In this document: positions 1-7,700 of the stretch, in pieces
How the letters are laid out: each line of letters opens with the position of its first letter
Position numbering within the stretch: the stretch's first letter is position 1
Assembly: GCA_038872135.1 (NCBI GenBank)
Contig: JAVZGN010000024.1
Coordinates: 1-13,005 of the forward strand
From: Candidatus Hadarchaeales archaeon
GTDB taxonomy: Archaea > Hadarchaeota > Hadarchaeia > Hadarchaeales > Hadarchaeaceae
DNA length: 13,005 nucleotides
Reading direction: 5' to 3'
The notes under the pieces: model-generated
What the model saw: the letters and a program-made list of their open reading frames with translations, nothing else
What the model was told of the DNA's origin: nothing
The model's database searches: none
Program-made: the position numbers and the translations under genes

Positions 1-101
1 AAAATCAACTGCGAATCTCTGGTTTTTGATAATTACAGAGGATCAGCTATGGGTCCTCTTGAGGGCTCCATCTAAGTCCACCTGCGGGAGTACTGGGAGC
101 A

Positions 102-116
102 CGAAAACATTTATAA
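102..116 (+). promoter_or_regulatory. Archaeal BRE/TATA promoter of the pilin gene
   Basis: CGAAAA (102-107) followed by TTTATAA (110-116); GGTGA ribosome-binding site at 141-145 before ATG 150. Confidence 0.65.
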
Positions 117-149
117 GGGGGTGGATAAGGTTTTTCCGAAGGTGATAGA

Positions 150-800
150 ATGAAGAGATGTCTGAGAAAGGAGGAGAGAGGGATTTCACCGGTAATTGCA
201 ACGATTCTGCTGATTGCTTCAACAGTCGCCGCTGCAAGCGTTATCGCCGTCTATGTTTCTGGGTTGTACGTCGGAACTACGAGGGTTGTTGCCGGAGACA
301 TTGATGCATCCGTTCTTGACTGCGACAATGGGCCTGGAGAGAGTTATGTCAACGAAAATGTCACGATAACTTTCAAGACAACCCAGGGTTATCTCAGAAA
401 CGTTGGCGACCCCGACAGAGGCCTTACGGTAACTTTCAGGAGTCAGAGACGCGGATGGGGACCGATTGTAGCTGACGTTAAGGGGCAGACGAATTATGCT
501 CAAGGATGGGTGAAAAAAGATGGTGTTTTCACAGTTGCTACTGGTCAATACATCGTCTGGAGGCTATATATCCCAATAACATCCGCAGGCAGGCTAGAGC
601 AGGGAACGAGAGGCTATCTTTACGTAGCCTCTTCTAATGGAGTAAACGATACCGTAGATAACGCTAGGAAGCTATCCGCCACCACCAAAATCCTCTGGGA
701 CGATGAGGATGACTGGGAGATCCAGGTCTCCTGCTATGGTGACTCCTTCTCAACCTCGTTCGGGACAGTAAGACTCATGGGTAGCAACTGGATTGCATAA
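150..800 (+). CDS. Archaeal type IV pilin-like protein (class III signal peptide)
   Basis: N-terminus MKRCLRKEERG|ISPVIATILLIASTVAAASVIAVYV: short charged leader, RG cleavage site, SPVI motif and hydrophobic helix typical of archaeal Pilin_N proteins. No Glu at +5, unlike archaellins. Beta-rich globular domain with NVT and NDT sequons and two Cys. Confidence 0.85.
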   Translation: MKRCLRKEERGISPVIATILLIASTVAAASVIAVYVSGLYVGTTRVVAGDIDASVLDCDNGPGESYVNENVTITFKTTQGYLRNVGDPDRGLTVTFRSQRRGWGPIVADVKGQTNYAQGWVKKDGVFTVATGQYIVWRLYIPITSAGRLEQGTRGYLYVASSNGVNDTVDNARKLSATTKILWDDEDDWEIQVSCYGDSFSTSFGTVRLMGSNWIA

Positions 801-806
801 GAAAAC

Positions 807-834
807 TTTTTCTTTTCTATTTTTTTACATTTTT
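807..834 (+). terminator. Oligo(T) archaeal intrinsic terminator after the pilin gene
   Basis: TTTTTCTTTTCTATTTTTTTACATTTTT directly after TAA at 798-800. Confidence 0.6.
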
Positions 835-1132
835 CAGTGTCAGCAGTAATGGTTATTTTCACTTCTCCAGCAACCACCTCCAGAGAGGGGTGACCATCAC
901 CATTTTCTCGTCCTACTTTCCTCGTCTTCACGCCATTTACATCACGATGAGCATGTTCCCATACCGAACTTAGCCTTCAGCGTGACCTCGATTTCCGCCT
1001 CTTCCCTTTCGGACAGGGACCCATATCGCCAGTCACTTCTCAGAAAGAGCAAGCGTGACAAATACTAGGACATGATCGAAAGCATCACACAGTCCGAAGA
1101 CGACTAAATGCCCAACTTCAGATGAAAACAAA

Positions 1133-1145
1133 TGATAATATATCA
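1133..1145. promoter_or_regulatory. Inverted repeat TGATA-N3-TATCA overlapping the likely hypD TATA region; candidate operator
   Basis: Perfect 5-3-5 palindrome 18-30 bp upstream of ATG 1163. Confidence 0.35.
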
Positions 1146-1162
1146 CAGCCATATTGATTTTG

Positions 1163-2374
1163 ATGAAAAATTTCGATGCGCGGGATTCGATAAAAACCTT
1201 TAGAGAGAACATCCCCCTCCTCCACAGCCTCAGAAGCATCATCTGGAAGTATGCGGAGAAAATCATGGAAAAGGAGACCCCGCCAATAAAGATCATGAAC
1301 TTCTGCGGCACCCATGAATGGGCCACCGTCCACCACGGCATCAGAAAACTTCTTCCCCCTTCAATAGAGCTTGTGGCCGGCCCGGGCTGCCCAGTCTGCG
1401 TTACCCCAAGTTATTATGTTGAAGTCCTCATCAGGCTTGCCTCTGAAGGGGTGAGGGTCTACACCTATGGAGACTCTTTCAAGCTGAGGACCACCGGGGA
1501 AAATCACCCCACAAACCTTCAGGAGGCCAAAGCCGACGGCGCAGATGTCAGAGTCGTCTACAGCTTCCTCGACGCCATCAAAGATGCCAGAGCCAGCGGC
1601 AAAGAGGGTGTGTTTTTTGGCATAGGGTTTGAAACAACTGCCCCCAGCTATGCCCTGGCGTTAAGGGATGGAATGGTCCCAGATAACCTGAAGCTCCTCT
1701 CCTCCCTCCGGCTCACCCCTCCCGTGATGAAAAAGACGGTCAAAATTCACCAGGAGAGAGGCCTCCTCCAGCTGAAGGGGATAATCGCCCCAGGTCATGT
1801 TTCCACGGTAATCGGGGCAAAGGAGTGGGCCTTTCTGCCGAGAGATTATGGCCTCCCAACAGTTGTAGCTGGCTTTGAACCTGTGGATGTGATGATGGCG
1901 ATTGCGATGATTCTTCAGATGATCAAAAACAGCAAGCCCGCGGTGAAGGTTGAATACCGGAGACTCGTAAAGTGGGAGGGAAACGAAGAGGCCCTGAAAG
2001 CAATGGATGAGGTTTTTGAGAGAGTCTACGCTGCGTGGAGGGGGATAGGCATGATTCCCAGAAGCGGCCTCAGGCTGAAAGGGAAGTTTCTCGAAAGCGA
2101 CGCTCTGAAACACTACGGTTTCGAGGATGTCGCCCCGAGCAGCTTTATCTACACCCAAGCCCAGGATGATGGCGCAAGGAAAGATCTCCCCCCGGGATGC
2201 CGATGTGGAGAAGTTGTTGTGGGTACGGCGAAGCCAACCGACTGTCCCCTCTTCATGAAGAAATGCACCCCTGAGAAACCCTGGGGCCCCTGCATGGTCT
2301 CATCTGAGGGAACCTGCGCCGTCTGGGGAAGGGAAATTGGAGGAGGAGAAAATGTGCCTGGGGGTCATGGCTAG
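1163..2374 (+). CDS. hypD: [NiFe]-hydrogenase maturation protein HypD
   Basis: Motifs CGTHE, GPGCPVC, GFETT, PGHVS and GFEP, plus C-terminal [4Fe-4S] region CRCG...C-PLF...CTPEKPWGPCMVSSEGTC. ATG 1163 preferred over TTG 1154. Confidence 0.96.
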   Translation: MKNFDARDSIKTFRENIPLLHSLRSIIWKYAEKIMEKETPPIKIMNFCGTHEWATVHHGIRKLLPPSIELVAGPGCPVCVTPSYYVEVLIRLASEGVRVYTYGDSFKLRTTGENHPTNLQEAKADGADVRVVYSFLDAIKDARASGKEGVFFGIGFETTAPSYALALRDGMVPDNLKLLSSLRLTPPVMKKTVKIHQERGLLQLKGIIAPGHVSTVIGAKEWAFLPRDYGLPTVVAGFEPVDVMMAIAMILQMIKNSKPAVKVEYRRLVKWEGNEEALKAMDEVFERVYAAWRGIGMIPRSGLRLKGKFLESDALKHYGFEDVAPSSFIYTQAQDDGARKDLPPGCRCGEVVVGTAKPTDCPLFMKKCTPEKPWGPCMVSSEGTCAVWGREIGGGENVPGGHG

Positions 2375-3134
2375 AGTTGACGAAATCTGCGGAAAAACTG
2401 CAATGGTAAACTTTGGAGGGGTTAGGAAGGAAGTGATGCTCGCTACCAGCGGAATTTCCAAGGGAGATTTTGTCATGATTCATGCGGGGATGATCATCGG
2501 AAAGCTGAGCAGGGAAGAATTTCTCCAAAACCTTTCCATCTACTGCGACCTGCTGGCCCAGAATTATGAGGACTCGGGAATGGAAAGAGAGGAAGCCAGG
2601 AGAAGAGCCACAGAGGAAGTCCATAAATTGCTGCAGTCCCTAGGAATAGATGAAGATCTCCCGCCAGTTGAGAAAGAGGTGGAAGAGATGGAGGAGGAAG
2701 AGAAACTCCCGGAAAATGCATTCAGAGGTAGATACAGGGTAACCCTTTCCGATACCGACTACCTTCAGGTAATGCACTACACAAATTACCTGAGATACTG
2801 CGAGAGGGCGCAGCAGGAGCTCCTGAACTCCATTGGGATGGGTTACTACACCCTAATCCACAGGTATGGGGTTTTCATCCCAACGGTTGAAACCGCCCTC
2901 AAGGTGAAAGGGCCAGTGAGAATAGACAATGAGATAGAGGTTGTGGTGTGGGTGGAGGAAATCGGCAACAAGCACTTGAAATTCAAATCGGTGATAAAAA
3001 ACCTCACCTCCGGAAAAAAAGTCGCAGAGTGCACAACAGTTTCCGTCTGCGCAGATGTTGGGATGACAGAGTCGATGCCCCTCCCCGCTGAGCTAAAAGA
3101 AAAAATCTCCAGATATCTGGCGACAACTACTTGA
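2352..3134 (+). CDS. hypC: HypC/HupF-family chaperone fused to a YbgC/4HBT-like hotdog-fold acyl-CoA thioesterase (260 aa)
   Basis: AGGAGGAG at 2341-2348 then ATG 2352 gives MCLGVMARV...VNFGGVRKEV...GDFVMIHAG (HypC Cys2 and His). A helical/acidic linker follows, then RYRVTLSDTDYLQVMHYTNYLRYCERAQ...KGPVRIDNEIEV, a hotdog thioesterase signature. Overlaps the hypD 3' end by 23 bp. Confidence 0.88.
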   Translation: MCLGVMARVDEICGKTAMVNFGGVRKEVMLATSGISKGDFVMIHAGMIIGKLSREEFLQNLSIYCDLLAQNYEDSGMEREEARRRATEEVHKLLQSLGIDEDLPPVEKEVEEMEEEEKLPENAFRGRYRVTLSDTDYLQVMHYTNYLRYCERAQQELLNSIGMGYYTLIHRYGVFIPTVETALKVKGPVRIDNEIEVVVWVEEIGNKHLKFKSVIKNLTSGKKVAECTTVSVCADVGMTESMPLPAELKEKISRYLATTT

Positions 3135-3924
3135 GAGGCAGAAGCTCCTTTAGGCTTCTTCCAGTCGCCTGAGGATTTTTTCTCACCTTTATTATCTCCG
3201 CCATGATGCTCACGGCAATCTCCTCAGGGGTCTGAGCTCCTATATCCAAGCCTATCGGGGCGTGGAGCCGCCTGAGGGCCTCCTCCCCAAAGCCCTTTTG
3301 CTTAAGCCCCTCCAAAAGCATAAGGACCCTTCTCCTGCTCCCCACCATCCCAATGTAAGTAGCATCCGTCCGCAGAAGGAGTTCAACAGCATCCTCATCC
3401 GCCTTGTGCTCTGTGGCCGCAACAGCATAGGTTGCCCTTCCAACTTTAATCTTTGGCAAAGCCTCTTGTGCAGGTTCCCTGATCACTTCCACCCCATCTA
3501 TCTCCTCCTTCATGAGTGGATCGATCACGGTGACCTGAAAGCCGAGAAATCTTCCAAGTTTCGCCACGGCGGCCCCGACATTTCCTCCCCCCACTACAAG
3601 CAGCTTCTCGGGAATGATGACATCAATGAAAACATCAACGTTTCCACCACACCTCATCCCCACACCGCCGGCCTCCTCCTCAAGAAGGGTGGTTGAGATC
3701 TGCCTGGGCTTCCCCTCCTTTATCGCCCTCACGGCTTCATCCACCACCCCTCTCTCCACACATCCCCCGCCAATCGTCCCTATTGTCTCCCCATTTTCGA
3801 GAACGATCATCTTTGCTCCGACTTTTCTTGGAGTTGACCCAACCGTCCTGATTATGGTCACCAGGGCAAATGGAGTGCCAGACGACATGAGGTCGTTCAT
3901 TTTTGTCAGGAGGAGGTGCTCCAT
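3127..3924 (-). CDS. xdhC: XdhC/CoxI-family molybdenum cofactor insertion chaperone
   Basis: ALVTIIRTVGSTPRKVGAKM, GTIGGGCVE, GMRCGG, Rossmann-like VVGGGNVG, YIGMVGSRRR and APIGLDIGAQTPEEIAVSIMAEII. Start at ATG 3924 (or GTG 3927) avoids overlap with mre11 and has TTATAA 24-29 bp upstream. Confidence 0.92.
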   Translation of the reverse strand: MEHLLLTKMNDLMSSGTPFALVTIIRTVGSTPRKVGAKMIVLENGETIGTIGGGCVERGVVDEAVRAIKEGKPRQISTTLLEEEAGGVGMRCGGNVDVFIDVIIPEKLLVVGGGNVGAAVAKLGRFLGFQVTVIDPLMKEEIDGVEVIREPAQEALPKIKVGRATYAVAATEHKADEDAVELLLRTDATYIGMVGSRRRVLMLLEGLKQKGFGEEALRRLHAPIGLDIGAQTPEEIAVSIMAEIIKVRKNPQATGRSLKELLPLK

Positions 3925-4006
3925 CACCTGAAATTCTTTTTCCGGAATTATAAGGTAAGCGCCTGCCATTGCAAATGATTTTATGAAAACACTCAAAGAT
4001 AAAGCG
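3925..4006. promoter_or_regulatory. Divergent promoter region xdhC / mre11-rad50
   Basis: TTATAA at 3948-3953 positioned for xdhC; TTTTATGAA at 3979-3987 positioned for a near-leaderless mre11 start at 4007. Confidence 0.45.
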
Positions 4007-5305
4007 ATGAAAATAGCAGCCATCGCCGACCTTCATCTGGGCGTGAAGTGGGGGACTCAGAGAGAGATGGACGCCTTCGAGCAGGCGAAAGAAGCATTTG
4101 AGAGGGCAATCGATGCTGGTGCCGACCTCATCCTGATCCTCGGAGACATCTTCGATAGGCCTGTCCCAAGTCTCGAGGTGTGGAACAGTGCGCTGAGGAT
4201 CCTTTCAATCCCAGCCACAAAGGGGAGATGCAGGATAAAGCTGGAGAGTGCTACAGACAAACCTCTGGAGGAGATCTCCCCCCTAGCCTTCACCGGCACC
4301 CCTGTTGTGGCCATTCACGGAAACCACGAGCGGAGGACCAAAGGCCTTACAAACCCTGTTGCAGCCTTGGAGGCCGCAGGACTCCTCATCCACCTCGAAG
4401 CTGGAAAACTTGTGTTTAGGAAAAATGGAGAGAGGGTTGCAATCTGGGGCATGAGCAACTACCCAGACCAGTATGTGAAGGAAAATCTCAAAACATTGAA
4501 CCCAAAGCCCGAAAAAGGGGCCACCAACATTTTTGCCTTCCACCAGTCGATAGGGCAGTTTGTCTACTCTGAAGATGAAAAATCTATTCTCGATATCTCC
4601 GACCTCCCGCGAGGTTTTGACATATACTTGGATGGCCATGTTCACTGCAGAGGAGAAGCAGCTGTCGATGGCCGGCCACTGCTGATTCCCGGAAGCACAG
4701 AGAGAACTCAGCTCCTCCTTGCCGAAGCCGAAAACCCCAAGGGCTTCTACATGATAGAAACCGGAAATGAAATAAAATACAACTTCGTGGAGCTACATTC
4801 ACCCAGAGATTTCTTCTATGAGGAGGTGAAGTTCGAGGACGCCACGCCGCTCGAGATTCTAAACACGGCGAGGGCGAAGATCCAAGAGCTGCTCAAACGA
4901 CACAGAAAAAACACATTAAAGTCGCCCATAATCAAACTGAAGCTCCTTGGAACTCTTGCAAAGGAGGTGTCGAGAGCTGACATCGATGAGCGCCAGCTGA
5001 TCGAGGAATTTTCCAAAGAGGCCATCGTAGACATAAGGAAGGATGGTCTGATATCTCCTGGGCTCGAGGAAAAACTTCTGCACCTCAGGCAGGTGAAGGA
5101 GAGGAAGCTCTCAATTGATGAAGAAACGATAGTGATATTGGAAGACCTTCTGAAGGACACGTCCTACCGGGAGTTTTTTGACCTCAGGGCAATCTATGAG
5201 CTGGTTGTGGAGAAGCGGGAGGAGGAAGCCCTAAGAAGAATTTTGGAGGTAATTGAGCAGAAAACCCTCGCGGAGGTGGGAAGGCCAGATGATAACAAAA
5301 GTTAG
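4007..5305 (+). CDS. mre11: DNA double-strand break repair nuclease Mre11 (SbcD family)
   Basis: Metallophosphoesterase motifs ADLH, GDIFD, GNHE, FHQ and GHVH, PGS; lies directly upstream of rad50. ATG 4007 (MKIAAIADLH) preferred; alternative 3983. Confidence 0.92.
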   Translation: MKIAAIADLHLGVKWGTQREMDAFEQAKEAFERAIDAGADLILILGDIFDRPVPSLEVWNSALRILSIPATKGRCRIKLESATDKPLEEISPLAFTGTPVVAIHGNHERRTKGLTNPVAALEAAGLLIHLEAGKLVFRKNGERVAIWGMSNYPDQYVKENLKTLNPKPEKGATNIFAFHQSIGQFVYSEDEKSILDISDLPRGFDIYLDGHVHCRGEAAVDGRPLLIPGSTERTQLLLAEAENPKGFYMIETGNEIKYNFVELHSPRDFFYEEVKFEDATPLEILNTARAKIQELLKRHRKNTLKSPIIKLKLLGTLAKEVSRADIDERQLIEEFSKEAIVDIRKDGLISPGLEEKLLHLRQVKERKLSIDEETIVILEDLLKDTSYREFFDLRAIYELVVEKREEEALRRILEVIEQKTLAEVGRPDDNKS

Positions 5306-7700
5306 GCTGAAGAACTGGAAATCCCACGAGGAGACGACCATAGTTCTCGGGGACGGGACAAATGTTCTGGTCGGGATAATGGGGGCTGGGAAAAGCTCTG
5401 TGTTGGATGCGATAACCTACGCCCTTTTTGGAACGCTCCCGGCTGTAAAAACGCGCAGGCTCAGGCTGGAGGATCTCATAACCTCTCGCCCAGTTCCCAA
5501 GCAGAGGGCCGATGTCGAGGTTCAAATCTCGACGGAAAAAGGGGAGTATCTTGTGAGAAGGGCGATAGAGAGGGGTCGCGGGACGGTCCTTGCTGAGCTC
5601 AGGAAGGCCACGGGAGAGCTCATAGAGGGTGGGAGTTCCGACCGCGTAACGGAGAATGTGGAAAAAATCCTAGGAATAACTGCAGATATCTACGAGAGGG
5701 CGGTCTACGCCGAGCAGAACCAGCTGGACTACTTTCTCACCATTCCGAAAGGGAAGAGGATGGAAAGCATTGATGAGCTTCTTGGAATAAAAAAGCTTGA
5801 GGAGGGAAGAAAAAATATCGGAACTCTCGCAAACAAAATAGGCCAAAGGGCAGATGAACTTAGAGCGCAAATTCAACAGATGAAGGGAGATCCCTCTCTA
5901 GCTAAACTTCCCGCGCTTGAAGAGGAAATCTCAAAACTTGAAGATGACCTCTCGAGGAAAAACTTGGAGCTTCAAAGCGTCGAAAGGGAGCTACAAAAGG
6001 TCTCCGAGAGCTATGAAGCCATGGCGAAGGTTGCAAAAGAGATATCTGAGCTAAAAACCAAGCTTGCCTCCCAGGAAGCGACTGTTCAGGTGCTGAAGAA
6101 AAACAGGGAAGAACTCGTAGCTATGCTAAAGTCCTATGCCGAGATCCCCCTTCAGGACCTCCTGAATAAGTCTAGGGAACTTCAGGAGAGGTATCTCCAG
6201 AAGGCGGCGGCTGCGGAGGAAATGTTCTCAAAGTTCACATCAGCATCGCTTGCACTGAGAACTCTCGAAGATGAGAAAAGAGTGGTGGAGGAGAAGATAG
6301 AGACACTGTCGGCTGAAATTCAGGAAAAGCTATTAAAGAAAAATGAGCTCGATAGTCTCCCGGAAAAACTTGAGGAGACTGTGGCTGAACTAAGAAGCGT
6401 CTACATAAATTCTGAAAAAGCTATTGCCGAGATGAACGCGCGCCTCGATACTCTCTCGAAATCTCTGGAGGAACTCTCGGCTGTCGAAGCAGTTTGCCCC
6501 GTGTGTGAGAGCCAGCTTTCAGCTGAAAAGAAAGATGAGCTGATTGAGAAAAGAAGGAAAGAAATTGCTGATGTGAAGGAGAGAATCACGAACCTTTTAA
6601 AGGAAAGAGATAGCAAAAAGGCGACGCTGGACAAATATGAAAGCATCCTTCAGAAAGCAAAAATTTTGGAAAACGAGATAAAAAATCTTCAGGAAAAAGA
6701 AGGGGAACTCTCAGCCTTAAAAACCCGTCTTGAAGAAATCCAAAAGAAGCTCGGGGAAGCAAGAGAAAACATCACAAAGATTGAAGCAATGGTCACTCAT
6801 GCTAAGAATGAAAAGGAAGCAGCAAACAAGGAAATGATCGAATTCAATCAAATAGTTGAGAAAAGGATGATGCTGGAGAAAACTAAGAATGATCTTGCAA
6901 CTGCATCCTCGCTAGAAGAATCGACGAGGAGAAGATTGGAAGAAGTGTCGAAAAACTACAGCGAGGAGGAGTTCAAAAAGATCGAGGATGAAAGGAACAG
7001 CCTCACTGGCAGGGAGAACTGGTTAAAGGCCGAAATTCAGGGCATCCAAAAAAACTTGGACACGAAGAGAGAGCTGCTGAAATCAATTCAACAAAAGCTG
7101 TACCAGATAAAATACTCGGAAGCAAAATTCGCCAACCTCCAGAAGGCAGAAGAAGCGTTGAATGCCTTTCAGCGAGCACTGGCCGATGCTCAGATCATCC
7201 TCAGAAGGAGATTTCTGGGAACCGTCAATGAAGTCATGAAAGATCTCTGGGAGGCAATATACCCCTATGGAGATTTTGTTGGCATTCGGCTGGCCGTTGA
7301 AGAACCGCAGAGCGACTATGCTCTCCAGCTCAAGGACAGGAGTGGTGAGTGGAGAAATGTTGAGGGAGGAGTCAGCGGTGGTGAGAGGACCGAGGCCTGT
7401 CTAGCCTTCAGGATAGCTTTGGCCATGGCTCTCGCCCCAAATCTGAGCTGGCTTGTTCTTGATGAGCCAACCCACAATCTTGATGAAAAGGCAGTTGAAG
7501 AGCTGGCGAAGGTGATGAGAGAGAGACTTCCCGGCATCGTCAAGCAGATAATCCTGATAACTCACGATGAAAAGTTTGAGGCCGCCGTCAGCGGTCATCT
7601 CTACAGATTCAACAGGGATAAGGCGAGTGATGGTCCAACAATAGTCGAGCACATAACAGCATCGGGGATGTTTGGCGGCGGGCTATCTCAAAAGTTTTGA
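5289..7700 (+). CDS. rad50: DNA double-strand break repair ATPase Rad50 (SMC/SbcC family, 803 aa)
   Basis: GGAGGTG RBS before ATG 5289; Walker A GIMGAGKSS, Q-loop YAEQ, long coiled coil with central zinc hook CPVC, signature SGGE, Walker B LVLDEPT, H-loop ITHD. Confidence 0.95.
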   Translation: MITKVRLKNWKSHEETTIVLGDGTNVLVGIMGAGKSSVLDAITYALFGTLPAVKTRRLRLEDLITSRPVPKQRADVEVQISTEKGEYLVRRAIERGRGTVLAELRKATGELIEGGSSDRVTENVEKILGITADIYERAVYAEQNQLDYFLTIPKGKRMESIDELLGIKKLEEGRKNIGTLANKIGQRADELRAQIQQMKGDPSLAKLPALEEEISKLEDDLSRKNLELQSVERELQKVSESYEAMAKVAKEISELKTKLASQEATVQVLKKNREELVAMLKSYAEIPLQDLLNKSRELQERYLQKAAAAEEMFSKFTSASLALRTLEDEKRVVEEKIETLSAEIQEKLLKKNELDSLPEKLEETVAELRSVYINSEKAIAEMNARLDTLSKSLEELSAVEAVCPVCESQLSAEKKDELIEKRRKEIADVKERITNLLKERDSKKATLDKYESILQKAKILENEIKNLQEKEGELSALKTRLEEIQKKLGEARENITKIEAMVTHAKNEKEAANKEMIEFNQIVEKRMMLEKTKNDLATASSLEESTRRRLEEVSKNYSEEEFKKIEDERNSLTGRENWLKAEIQGIQKNLDTKRELLKSIQQKLYQIKYSEAKFANLQKAEEALNAFQRALADAQIILRRRFLGTVNEVMKDLWEAIYPYGDFVGIRLAVEEPQSDYALQLKDRSGEWRNVEGGVSGGERTEACLAFRIALAMALAPNLSWLVLDEPTHNLDEKAVEELAKVMRERLPGIVKQIILITHDEKFEAAVSGHLYRFNRDKASDGPTIVEHITASGMFGGGLSQKF

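Noticed and set aside
1-128. Possible 3' end of an upstream CDS (frame 1 open to TAA 73-75; frame 2 open to TAA 126-128)
   Set aside because: Too short and two frames are equally open; no recognisable motif.
1661-2158. 165-aa antisense ORF in hypD, and similar shadow ORFs (3262-3696, 4283-4645, 8739-9155, 9752-10153)
   Set aside because: Lie on or opposite well-supported genes and have no recognisable motifs.
2337-2351. ORF-track start (TTG, MEEEK) for the hypC fusion
   Set aside because: This stretch is the RBS; HypC needs Cys at position 2, fixing the start at 2352.
3925-4023. 33-aa N-terminal extension of XdhC resembling a signal peptide
   Set aside because: Overlaps the mre11 start and covers the promoter region; XdhC homology begins near Met at 3924.
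5800-7200. Repetitive E/K/L-rich, purine-rich sequence
   Set aside because: Explained by Rad50 coiled-coil heptads; not a DNA repeat.
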